Positions 50,073 to 58,825 of a stretch of DNA of 62,788 nucleotides are shown here, piece after piece (positions within the stretch are counted from its first letter, which is position 1; every line of letters begins with the position of its first letter). A model generated the notes under the pieces. It was not told the origin of the DNA. It searched no databases and was given only the letters and a program-made list of their open reading frames with translations. The position numbers and the translations under genes are program-made. The DNA is from Candidatus Uhrbacteria bacterium (lineage in GTDB: Bacteria; Patescibacteriota; Patescibacteriia; UBA9934; GWF2-40-263), in assembly GCA_023246355.1 (NCBI GenBank), contig JAHFIQ010000006.1:1-62788 (forward strand), given 5' to 3'.

Positions 50073-50849
50073 ATGATCCCTTACTTCCAATTCACTTCTT
50101 TTCACCTTGGTCCCGTCCCGATTCAAGTGTGGGGATTGTTTGTGTCGCTGGGCATTTTGGCCGGTGCTTGGGCGGCGGCGCGGATGGCCAAGATGAGGGG
50201 ACAGGATCCAGAAATCATTTGGGACTTGTCGGCCACGGTGATTGTCGCAGCGTTTATCGGAGCGCGGCTCGTTCACATGGTCTACGAGCCGAGCACCTAC
50301 CTTCAGGATCCTGTCGAGTTTTTCCGTATCTGGCATGGCGGGTTCTCGATCATGGGAGGATTTCTCGGTGCGCTTCCAGCTGGGATTTGGTTTTTACGAA
50401 AACGTCAGGTAGATGTTTTTGCCTACGCGGACACCGCCATATTTGGTCTTCCACTCGGAATTTTCATTGGTCGCATTGGCTGTTTCCTCATCCACGATCA
50501 TCCAGGAACGCTGACGAATTTTCCCCTCGGCGTTCAGTACCCCGACGGCGTGCGGCATGATCTTGGTCTCTACGATTCAATTAACGGGTTGATATTGTTC
50601 CTCGTGTTCCTTCTGCTCGTGCATCGAAAGGCCAAGACCGGAACCTTCGTTGTCGTGTTTCTTTTTTGGTACGGCATCGTAAGGTTCCTCCTCGATTTTC
50701 TCCGCGCCACCAACGGCCCGATCGTGGACACGCGTTACTTCAACCTCACTCCCGCCCAGTATCTCGCTGTGGTCATGGTGGTGGGAGGGGTGTGGGTGTG
50801 GAGGAAAAAGTTTTTCCATCCTTCTGTCCGTGGACCCATGGGGGATTGA
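50073..50849 (+). CDS. lgt: Phosphatidylglycerol--prolipoprotein diacylglyceryl transferase
   Basis: HGGFSIMGGFLG and GRIGCFLIHDHPG motifs. The start is taken at MIPYFQF, because the longer track ORF overlaps gatA. Confidence 0.85.
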   Translation: MIPYFQFTSFHLGPVPIQVWGLFVSLGILAGAWAAARMAKMRGQDPEIIWDLSATVIVAAFIGARLVHMVYEPSTYLQDPVEFFRIWHGGFSIMGGFLGALPAGIWFLRKRQVDVFAYADTAIFGLPLGIFIGRIGCFLIHDHPGTLTNFPLGVQYPDGVRHDLGLYDSINGLILFLVFLLLVHRKAKTGTFVVVFLFWYGIVRFLLDFLRATNGPIVDTRYFNLTPAQYLAVVMVVGGVWVWRKKFFHPSVRGPMGD

Positions 50850-51205
50850 ACGACGAGGATAGCGAGAGAAGAACAAAATGATATTTTGTTCTTTCGAGCG
50901 ACGCAGTCGTTCCTGCTCGAGCGAAGCGAGAGCAACACCCCAGTCACCATGGGTGATAATCCTGGTGACGCACCAAGCTGGGCCCACGGGCAGAAAGACA
51001 CAAAATAAAACACTCCTCCAAAAGTAAAAGACATTACATCATCACTTATATGGGGGAGTATTTATTTTTCACCAGGATTATCACTTATTCCTATTCAATC
51101 ATTGTTTTTATTTTGTGTCAATTAGCATGGTGTGAATAAGTCAGCGTATGAAAGAAAAACACCAACAGCATGTTGGTGTGTGCGAGGAGATAGGTTCCCC
51201 CTGTA

Positions 51206-51706
51206 TTAGCGACGTCGAAGCGAGATGACCATTCCGTGACGATCCGGTTCGTAAGGTCCGAGTGGATCCATCTCGTGACGGCGGATGTACTCGGCCAGAT
51301 CGGCCGCGTGATTGGCTTCGTTCACGGCCCGACGATGGAGCTCATCGTAGTACAGTGAGATGTAGTACGTTGAGAATCCTTTCTCGCGAAGGAGATCGCG
51401 AAGATTTACCGAATGAAACGATTTGGTGTCGCGCCAGGGCGGAAATTGAGGCCAGAGAGTTTCGAGCCCCTCCTCGAGGATGTCTTTCTTCCCTGAGCAG
51501 GCCAGCCGGTAGGCTTGTTCGAGAATCTCGCCAAGGTAGAGATCAAGATCCTCCTTGCTGAATCCCATTTTCTTGAGTCGTTCGAAGGCGCCTGGGATCG
51601 AACCAGTGCCTGGGTATGTCACGTTCCCGTTTTCGTGCGCGATGATTCTCAGGAGCATCACGGCCTGGGCTCGATCCCATCCTTCAGTCCAATTCCGACC
51701 TGACAT
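51206..51706 (-). CDS. Hypothetical protein (GC3-rich, SD-bearing)
   Basis: AAGGAG lies upstream of the ATG. 166 aa, no family recognised. Confidence 0.55.
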   Translation of the reverse strand: MSGRNWTEGWDRAQAVMLLRIIAHENGNVTYPGTGSIPGAFERLKKMGFSKEDLDLYLGEILEQAYRLACSGKKDILEEGLETLWPQFPPWRDTKSFHSVNLRDLLREKGFSTYYISLYYDELHRRAVNEANHAADLAEYIRRHEMDPLGPYEPDRHGMVISLRRR

Positions 51707-52022
51707 GGCTTCTCCTTTGTTGTCTTGACTGCGTGGCGTTCACGCATGGCAAGCATAGATACTGGTCAAGACCGGAGCAAAGAAATCATCTTGTTATCCT
51801 GCAAGAATAAAAATTCCCCACGTTTTCAGTCCGTTTCATGCATAGGCATTGTCAGAATTTGGCCGGCATTGATAGCAGCTGTTTTGTTCAGCAGACAACA
51901 TCAAAATTATGGAAAATTAGAAAATTGCCGCCGAAAAGTTGACAAAACTGCCAACAAAAAATAGCCTAGAGATAGGCTGTTTTTTATTTATCCACACAGA
52001 GGAACGATTTTTGTTCACACCT

Positions 52023-52778
52023 ATGCCACGTATCCCTAAACTGTCTGAGGAAACGCTTGAACTGCTTGGACTTACGGCCAAGGACATGGCGGTCTACACC
52101 GCGCTTCTGAAACTCGGTACCGCGCCTTTGCGACGGATCGCAGAGGAATCGAGCTTCAACCGAGGCACTGTGTACGACGCGCTGAAGCGACTTCTGGATC
52201 TTGGTCTCGTGTCACACATGGATGCCAAGACCCATCGGTATTTTACGGCAGAAGATCCGCACAAGCTCCGCGGCCTTGCGACACGTCGTGAGGTCGCCAT
52301 CCAAGAGGCGCAACTCAAACTTGCAGACGTCGTGCCTCAGTTGCAAGACCTTCTTGGAAAAAGCGCACACCGTCCGAGTGTGTGGTACTACGAGGGAGAG
52401 CAAGGAGTCCACGACATTCTTGAGGACGTGCTCAAGACCGCGGAGCATGCGGAGTCAAAATTGTTTCGGATCTATTCGTCCGAAGGAATCCGCGACTTGA
52501 TTGCAAACGCCTGGCCAGGGTTTATTCAACACCGTATTCGCAAACACATTCGTGTGAAGGCGATCGCGATCGGCAAAGGCGGTCGTGTGCATGGACTGGA
52601 TGAGCGCAAGTGGTTGTCACAGTCTGATTCTGCACCGACGTATATCTTCATCTACCCAGGCAAGACCGCGTTTGTGTCACTGGATGATCATCGACAACTA
52701 TTTGGCGTGATTGTCGATGACGAAGCCATTTCAGCGACCCAGGTGATGATTTTCGACGCTCTTTGGAAGATGATGTGA
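52023..52778 (+). CDS. TrmB-family winged-helix transcriptional regulator
   Basis: The N-terminus LGLTAKDMAVYTALLKLGTAPLRRIAEESSFNRGTVYDALKRLLDLGLVS is a TrmB-type wHTH. Confidence 0.6.
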   Translation: MPRIPKLSEETLELLGLTAKDMAVYTALLKLGTAPLRRIAEESSFNRGTVYDALKRLLDLGLVSHMDAKTHRYFTAEDPHKLRGLATRREVAIQEAQLKLADVVPQLQDLLGKSAHRPSVWYYEGEQGVHDILEDVLKTAEHAESKLFRIYSSEGIRDLIANAWPGFIQHRIRKHIRVKAIAIGKGGRVHGLDERKWLSQSDSAPTYIFIYPGKTAFVSLDDHRQLFGVIVDDEAISATQVMIFDALWKMM

Positions 52779-52781
52779 ATT

Positions 52782-52842
52782 TGGGGTCAGGTCTGGCTAT
52801 CGGCTTTTTCAAAAAAAAAACCGATAGCCAGACCTGACCCCA
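52782..52842 (+). terminator. Long perfect hairpin terminator
   Basis: TGGGGTCAGGTCTGGCTATCGG-ctttttcaaaaaaaaaa-CCGATAGCCAGACCTGACCCCA. The 15-mer TGGGGTCAGGTCTGG recurs at 61117-61131. Confidence 0.7.
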
Positions 52843-52855
52843 TTCTGGAGGATCG

Positions 52856-53413
52856 ATGTCCCTGCACCCGTTCTACCGCTCTGTTGTCGCGATGTTCTGC
52901 GGCCCGCACGACGAGGGCGAAGGCGCTCCGACCCGTCGGATCGACAGAGCCATCGAGCTCTCGGTCGAGCTCTGCTCACCCCTGCTCATTGCTGGCGACG
53001 GCAATCACGGAGAGGATGTCCGTCGGTTTGCCCGGCATGCCGAGCAAAACGGTGTCGCTTACATTCGTGCACTCTTTGATGCGCGCCGCTGCACACCTTC
53101 TGACGCAGAGTCCATTGTGCACGAGCTCGTCAACAACCCGCCGTTCATGTCCGTGCGTCACGTTTATCTGGTGACCGATGACTGGCACATGGCTCGAGCA
53201 AGTGGGATCCTCGAGGGGCAACTGCAGAGGCTCCTCTCAAGACCGACTCTGGAAGTCATTCGCTGCCCGGTCACGACTGGTCCTCGTCCACCCGATCCTG
53301 TCCTTCAAGGCGAACGTCAGGGTCTCTTGGATTATCTCGCTGGCCGCTATGGCGAGCGCAAAGCCCATGCTCCCTACGGCAAACCTGCCGAGGAGCAAAT
53401 GGTCGCCGAATAA
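52856..53413 (+). CDS. DUF218 (YdcF/ElyC-like) domain protein, GC3-rich
   Basis: LLIAGDGNHGEDV ... VYLVTDDWHMARA resembles the DUF218 pattern. SD TGGAGGA. Confidence 0.5.
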   Translation: MSLHPFYRSVVAMFCGPHDEGEGAPTRRIDRAIELSVELCSPLLIAGDGNHGEDVRRFARHAEQNGVAYIRALFDARRCTPSDAESIVHELVNNPPFMSVRHVYLVTDDWHMARASGILEGQLQRLLSRPTLEVIRCPVTTGPRPPDPVLQGERQGLLDYLAGRYGERKAHAPYGKPAEEQMVAE

Positions 53414-53450
53414 AACGCAAGCGCCGAGTACGAGACTCAGCGCTTTTTCA

Positions 53451-53810
53451 TTATCCCCAAAATCCTTTTGTGCTTTTTGTTGATGGGGGAGCAACAGGCT
53501 TGTGTTCTGTTTTGAGTCCTTGGACAAATTGCGCAATTCGTTGCATCTCTCGTTCAACCAGTGGTCCCTCATACTCGCCAGCATGGGCTGACGTCCCTTC
53601 ATAGCTCGCGGCTTTTTGATCCACGTGGAGATTCACTTGCACCCCACCGTCTTTGTCCTCGATGTAGGCATGATAGCGTGGAAAAAGTTCTCCGGTCACA
53701 CGCAGCGTGTAGCTCAACTGTCCTTCGTGTCCACGGTGTTCACCGTAGCCGAGGCGACGGATGAGACCACGGGCGTTTTCGTTTAAGGGTCCTGAAAAAA
53801 ATTGTTTCAT
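53451..53810 (-). CDS. Hypothetical protein, tandem paralog 1
   Basis: Shares FPR(Y/F)HA...G(V/I)(Q/E)V(N/D)LH(V/F)D...YEG..V..EM.R(I/L)(A/I)Q with the adjacent ORF. Confidence 0.5.
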   Translation of the reverse strand: MKQFFSGPLNENARGLIRRLGYGEHRGHEGQLSYTLRVTGELFPRYHAYIEDKDGGVQVNLHVDQKAASYEGTSAHAGEYEGPLVEREMQRIAQFVQGLKTEHKPVAPPSTKSTKGFWG

Positions 53811-53813
53811 AAA

Positions 53814-54224
53814 TTACGACTTGTACGTAAACAAAATTTCAAACAGAGATCGTTTGGGTTTTGAAGGAGGCACCGTGGTGCGACCTGTTGCATGCATTGG
53901 GTGATTGATTGATCCCAGTGATGGCGCTCCACGCATCGCCTGGATAAGACGTCGCATTTCCTCATCAACACGCACGCCTTCATACGCCCATGGCTGATCG
54001 TGATTTCCTTTGTGGGTGATACTGTCCAGTGCATCAAAATGCAAGTCGACTTCGATGCCTTGACCACGAACAGCGACGAGCGCATGGAATCGTGGAAAGG
54101 CTGGATCATTGAGACGCCGATGGTAACACGCTCTTCCAGACTCGACACAATGCCGAACATAGCCAGCACGAGCCATGAGTGCATCAGAGGTTTGTTTTTC
54201 TGTGTTTGAGATAAAGCGTCTCAT
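53814..54224 (-). CDS. Hypothetical protein, tandem paralog 2
   Basis: See paralog 1; 136 aa. Confidence 0.5.
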   Translation of the reverse strand: MRRFISNTEKQTSDALMARAGYVRHCVESGRACYHRRLNDPAFPRFHALVAVRGQGIEVDLHFDALDSITHKGNHDQPWAYEGVRVDEEMRRLIQAMRGAPSLGSINHPMHATGRTTVPPSKPKRSLFEILFTYKS

Positions 54225-54310
54225 ACCCCACTTTTACTGTACACGTTCTTGACATTTTGGCCAAAAACTGGTTCACTCTTGGTGCTCTTGTCCGAGCAGA
54301 GGTACCTCTC

Positions 54311-54844
54311 ATGCGACATGTCCTCTCTGTCTGCTCCATGGTGATGATGCTCGCGAGTCCGGCCTTGGCCAGTCCAAATATCTGCGAAACAGCGCAGAGC
54401 GAGCCGCGGCTGACCTACAGCTACACGTCGCTCCCAACACAGTCCTTGGATGGACAACAGTATGCCCTGGTTCCCATTGCCAGTGCGCCGATCCTCGGCG
54501 GTGAAGGATCTGTCACTACCATCTCGATGATCATGTCGCCCGACACCGTGGCGCACCAGGCCTTCCAGATGAAGGCGGTCGAGTCCTCGTGGCTCGTGCC
54601 GTTCACCTGTGCAGAGCTTGATCGCATCGTCCAGGCTGTCTACGCGCGGCATGGGTTCTACTTCCCGCAGCCACAGACTCGCGCCTTCTTCTGCGGCTTC
54701 GACCGCAACTACCAACCACGTCCCGAGTTGTCGGTCGCGGAGGTGGAGGCCAAGTTCACGAGCCGCGACCAGTTGACGCTCCTGCGTGTCGAGATGGCCA
54801 TGGACAGCCATGGCTGCGCAAGCGAAAAGCGCGCCGCAGATTGA
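54311..54844 (+). CDS. Secreted YARHG-domain protein, GC3-rich
   Basis: Signal-like MRHVLSVCSMVMMLASPALA. Motif LDRIVQAVYARHGFYFPQPQTRAFF. Confidence 0.6.
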   Translation: MRHVLSVCSMVMMLASPALASPNICETAQSEPRLTYSYTSLPTQSLDGQQYALVPIASAPILGGEGSVTTISMIMSPDTVAHQAFQMKAVESSWLVPFTCAELDRIVQAVYARHGFYFPQPQTRAFFCGFDRNYQPRPELSVAEVEAKFTSRDQLTLLRVEMAMDSHGCASEKRAAD

Positions 54845-54916
54845 TCCCGTTTCCCTAGGATGCACCTGGGGATTTTCTTTTGTGGAAGACTTTGTTATAG
54901 TTTGCCGCGTCATTTC

Positions 54917-55004
54917 GGAGAGGTCGCATAGTGGCCTAGTGCGCTCGCTTGGAAAGCGAGTATACCGAAAGGTATCCAGGGTTCGAATCCCTGCCTCTCC
55001 GCCA
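54917..55004 (+). tRNA. tRNA-Ser (anticodon GGA)
   Basis: Acceptor GGAGAGG/CCTCTCC, anticodon loop TTGGAAA, long variable arm TACC-GAAA-GGTA, T-arm CAGGG-TTCGAAT-CCCTG, encoded CCA. A hairpin TTCGACTACCGTT...AACGGTAGTCGAA follows. Confidence 0.92.
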
Positions 55005-55109
55005 TTCGACTACCGTTGTATTGTTTAGAACGGTAGTCGAATGCCCTGAGCTTGTCGAAGGGCAGAAGTGGAGATGTAGACAACCGCTCATGGTCGTTGA
55101 CCATTCGTT

Positions 55110-55472
55110 ATGGAGGAAATTTACTACGTCTACATACTTGCATGCGATGATGGAAGCTACTACGTCGGTTCGGCAAACGATGTCTTGCAAAGAGTCGTAC
55201 GTCACAACGCCGGTGAAGGAGCGGGTTGGACGAAGGATCGACGTCCTGTGAAGCTTGTGTATCAGGAAAAACATGAGTCGTTACTATCCGCGAGACAAAG
55301 AGAAGAGCAGATAAAGGGTTGGACACGTCGAAAAAAAAGAAAATTTGATCAGCGGATTTTGGAAAAAAATATAAAGAGTACTTCACCTAGGTATGAAAGT
55401 TATTCTCTACATGGCAATGACTGTCAACGGAATGATTGCTGGCACGGACGACAAGACAAATTGGTTGACTAA
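55110..55472 (+). CDS. GIY-YIG nuclease family protein
   Basis: YYVYILACDDGSYYVGSANDVLQRVVRHN ... REEQIKGW. Confidence 0.75.
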   Translation: MEEIYYVYILACDDGSYYVGSANDVLQRVVRHNAGEGAGWTKDRRPVKLVYQEKHESLLSARQREEQIKGWTRRKKRKFDQRILEKNIKSTSPRYESYSLHGNDCQRNDCWHGRQDKLVD

Positions 55473-55917
55473 AGAAGAAGCAGAAAGCTACTGCTCAATC
55501 GTTCGCGAGGCTGGGTGCCTGATTGTTGGAAGACGCACATATCACATTCTTACCAAGCAACCAGAGTTTCAAGAGTTTAACAACGCCAAGCTCATTGTTG
55601 TCTCGCATAATGATGTTAGGCTGGTCGACCCGTCGCACGCTGTTGCTCACTCACCACAAGAAGCTGTCGATTTGTTATCTGACTTTCGTGAAATTATTGT
55701 TGCTGGTGGTGGTATCCTCAATGCGTCCTTTCTTGCTGCTAATCTTGTAGACGAGATTTTTCTTGACATAGAACCAGTCATTCTTGGTGCTGGGATTCCT
55801 CTTTTCAAGGGTCAATCATTTGAACGAGACTTAAAGTTTCTTGGTCAAAAAATGATCTCGGATAGCGAGATTCAACTTCATTACGAGATCGTTAAGGAAA
55901 ATAGTTACAAAGGTTAA
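55393..55917 (+). CDS. Dihydrofolate reductase-like (RibD C-terminal domain) protein
   Basis: MKVILYMAMTVNGMIAG ... VAGGGILNASFL. AT-richer than its neighbours. Confidence 0.65.
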   Translation: MKVILYMAMTVNGMIAGTDDKTNWLTKEEAESYCSIVREAGCLIVGRRTYHILTKQPEFQEFNNAKLIVVSHNDVRLVDPSHAVAHSPQEAVDLLSDFREIIVAGGGILNASFLAANLVDEIFLDIEPVILGAGIPLFKGQSFERDLKFLGQKMISDSEIQLHYEIVKENSYKG

Positions 55918-55972
55918 CTCAGTGCATAATAATTCTCCGCAATGTGCTGAGAGTTTTTGCTGGCCACTTTCT

Positions 55973-56377
55973 TTATTTCACCTTCACCACACAACTTGCC
56001 ATGACCGGGTCGGGTTTGAAGCCTTCGATTTTGGCGCCTCGTCCTTTGCTTAAATCACGCAGGACGTTCATCACCTCACCAGCGATCGCGCCGGTGCCAT
56101 GGCCGTAGATGATTCGAACCATCCTTCCTGGATTCTCACTGAGGAGTTTATCGATGCCAAACGCGACATCTTCACGATGCATGCCGTGGAAGTCGACGTT
56201 TGGGAGCAACCGGTCCATCATGGCGATGTTGAATTGTTGATCGAGCGTCAGTTCCTCAGGTGGATTCTGAGCAGCTCGTTTGGAGGCTAAGCGCTCTTCT
56301 TTGGGTGGCGCGACCCAACTGTCTGGTTGGTTTTTTTCAGGTTGAGCACCTCGAGCCATTTCTGCACGTCTTCCCAT
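55973..56377 (-). CDS. Smr domain protein
   Basis: VDFHGMHREDVAFGIDKLL ... RIIYGHGTG. Confidence 0.7.
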   Translation of the reverse strand: MGRRAEMARGAQPEKNQPDSWVAPPKEERLASKRAAQNPPEELTLDQQFNIAMMDRLLPNVDFHGMHREDVAFGIDKLLSENPGRMVRIIYGHGTGAIAGEVMNVLRDLSKGRGAKIEGFKPDPVMASCVVKVK

Positions 56378-56437
56378 AGATAGTAAAGTTAGTGATTGCC
56401 TGGATTATAGCAGGATAGAAAAACCCGAGGCAAAACC

Positions 56438-56983
56438 TCAGGTCTGGGAGATGACCGCGTCCAGTTGTTCGGTTGCTCGTTGAAGACGGGTGAGTTCGGT
56501 GAGCAGAACCTGGTATGTACTCCAGGCGATCGCGCTTGTTTCCTTGGCCTGCGAGTGGCAGAGTCTGCGCCACTTAAACGGCTGCGGGCGGTGAGAGGTG
56601 AGCGTGATTTCCATGGCCGTGCTCTTGAACCACTCAAGTTCACGCGCAAATCTTTCCAGATCTTTTGCCTGCTTCTCGATCCTGTGCATGCTCTCAAGGA
56701 CCGTCGCGCTCAGAATGCGCAGCTGGGCTTCAACCTGTGCCTCTGAGGTGAGTCGATCATGTTCTGCTTGAACACGGATGCTGTCCAAGCCCACGAGCGT
56801 CGTTCTGGTGAGCAGGGTCGAGTGCACCACGACGAGCGATTGAAGCTCGTAGCTTGTGAGGATTTCCTCTGCTGAGTCCACCCCTTTGCACGTTTCGTGG
56901 ATGACGCGATCGGGATCTCTCCATTCACGGGCGATGGGCTGGGCGAGAGCCGAGGTGAGGCACAGGATCAGAGAGAGAATCAT
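56438..56983 (-). CDS. Secreted coiled-coil hypothetical protein
   Basis: The start is taken at MILSLILCLTSALAQ (signal peptide). The longer track ORF would overlap dnaG. Confidence 0.4.
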   Translation of the reverse strand: MILSLILCLTSALAQPIAREWRDPDRVIHETCKGVDSAEEILTSYELQSLVVVHSTLLTRTTLVGLDSIRVQAEHDRLTSEAQVEAQLRILSATVLESMHRIEKQAKDLERFARELEWFKSTAMEITLTSHRPQPFKWRRLCHSQAKETSAIAWSTYQVLLTELTRLQRATEQLDAVISQT

Positions 56984-57055
56984 TTCTGCTCCGTATCTGA
57001 TCTCCACCCTAGAGCGAGTAGATGAAACGGTCAATTGTGGTAGGCTATCAGCAGT

Positions 57056-58825
57056 ATGGACCCCAAGGATGAGATCAAACAAAAAATCGATATTGTGGAG
57101 CTGATCGGTGAGACGATTCAGTTGAAGGTGGCCGGTTCTTCTGGTCTCAAAGGACTGTGCCCATTCCACGCGGAGAAGACGCCCAGTTTTCACGTCTCGC
57201 GCGATCGGCAGATTTGGCATTGTTTTGGCTGTGGTGAGGGTGGGGATTGTTTTGCGTTCGTGATGAAGATGGATGGTATGACGTTTCCTGAGGCGCTCAT
57301 GCATCTTGGAAAAAAGACCGGTGTGGAAGTGCGACGACTTCCAACCGTGGAATCAAACACAAAGCAACGGCTGTATCAGGTGAATGAGCTCGCGCAGAAA
57401 TTTTTTCGAAAAGTCCTTCTTGATGCTGCTGGTGCAGAGGCAGCTCGGGCATATGTTGAGTCGCGGAGCATTCCCGCCGAGCTGGCAGACATTTTTGGCA
57501 TTGGCTATGCGCCGGACGAATGGGATGCGCTCTCAGGATTTCTACAAAAGCGTGGGTTCTCAGAAAACGAAATCATCCAAGGCGGCTTGGCTCTTAAAAA
57601 GAAAAGTGGATCAGGCGTGATCGATCGTTTTCGCCATCGTCTCATGATTCCATTGCGTGATCATCATGGCAATGTTGTTGGGTTTACGGGGAGAAGCATG
57701 CCAGGAGATGATCAGGGTCCAAAATACATGAACTCACCTGAGACGCCGATCTACCACAAAGGGAGTTTTGTGTTTGGACTGGATTTGGCCAAGCGCGCAA
57801 TTCGGGAAAAAGGATTTGTTGTGATCGTGGAGGGAAATCTCGACGTCGTTGCCTCTCACAAGGTAGGTGTACAAAACATCATTGCAAGTTCTGGGACAGC
57901 CCTTACTCAGGATCAGCTCACTCTGCTCAAACGTTATACAGAGACGATTGTTTTTTCTTTTGATGCAGACGCTGCTGGATTTGCCGCGGCGAAAAAGGGA
58001 ATCAGTCTTGCTCGCGGTCTTGGGTTTGATGTGCGCTCAGCTATTCTTCCTGACGGGGTGAAAGATCCTGACGAGCTTGTGCAGCAGAATCCTCTGGCCT
58101 GGGAAACGCTCGTCGTCAAGTCAGTACCGATCATGGAATTTTTGATCGCCCATGTCACAAAAGGAAAAGACTTGCGACAGGTTGACGATAAGCGAGAAGT
58201 TGCCAAAGAATTGTTGCCAGCGATTTCTGACATGTCATCAGTGGTAGAACGCGAGCATTGGTTGCAAGTGGTGGCTGATCTTCTGTCTATTTCAGCGGAT
58301 CAACTGCGAGCTTCTTTGCAGCCTCCGACATCCGTGAAGCCATCGACGTCATCGACAGTTTCAAAACCTTCTCTTCCCAAAGACGAACAAGCCCGCCGTC
58401 TTTTGTTTGGCTTTGCCATTCAAACGCCGTCTCAGTTTGAGAGCGTTGTTGCACGACTCAAGCCTCTGGCTCTGAACAGCCAGCTGTGGATAACCCTTTA
58501 CAATCTGGCTCTCAGCGCGTATGATCCAAGCAGTCAAGCAGCACAAACATCGCATTTTTCAAGGATTCGATCTCTCACGTCCGGCCATGCAGATCAAGAA
58601 GCCCTCGAGGCACTTCTTGATACATCTATTTTAATGGCCGAAGAAACGTTTGCGGATATTCCTGAGAATCAATGGCTGCCAAGAATCGAAGAGCTTTTTT
58701 CTGTTTTAAGCACGCTTGGCCTCAGTCGTGACCGTGAGGCTCTTGCGCGAGCTTTGCGTCAAGCGGAACTCGTAGGGGATCAGGAAGAAGTCAAACGTTT
58801 GTTAAATTCCATGCCTCGATTATGA
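57056..58825 (+). CDS. dnaG: DNA primase
   Basis: Zinc finger [13 protein letters not shown]...CFGCG and TOPRIM motif VIVEGNLDV...DADAAG. Confidence 0.95.
   Translation: MDPKDEIKQKIDIVELIGETIQLKVAGSSGLKGLCPFHAEKTPSFHVSRDRQIWHCFGCGEGGDCFAFVMKMDGMTFPEALMHLGKKTGVEVRRLPTVESNTKQRLYQVNELAQKFFRKVLLDAAGAEAARAYVESRSIPAELADIFGIGYAPDEWDALSGFLQKRGFSENEIIQGGLALKKKSGSGVIDRFRHRLMIPLRDHHGNVVGFTGRSMPGDDQGPKYMNSPETPIYHKGSFVFGLDLAKRAIREKGFVVIVEGNLDVVASHKVGVQNIIASSGTALTQDQLTLLKRYTETIVFSFDADAAGFAAAKKGISLARGLGFDVRSAILPDGVKDPDELVQQNPLAWETLVVKSVPIMEFLIAHVTKGKDLRQVDDKREVAKELLPAISDMSSVVEREHWLQVVADLLSISADQLRASLQPPTSVKPSTSSTVSKPSLPKDEQARRLLFGFAIQTPSQFESVVARLKPLALNSQLWITLYNLALSAYDPSSQAAQTSHFSRIRSLTSGHADQEALEALLDTSILMAEETFADIPENQWLPRIEELFSVLSTLGLSRDREALARALRQAELVGDQEEVKRLLNSMPRL

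Noticed and set aside
54221-54913. 230-aa minus-strand ORF overlapping the YARHG-domain gene
   Set aside because: It is an antisense shadow in GC-rich DNA. The + strand frame carries a signal peptide and the recognisable YARHG motif.
56984-57304. N-terminal 107 codons of the 288-aa minus-strand track ORF 56438..57304
   Set aside because: This part overlaps the dnaG start by ~250 nt. An internal Met gives a clean signal peptide (MILSLILCLTSALAQ), so the shorter CDS 56438..56983 was preferred.
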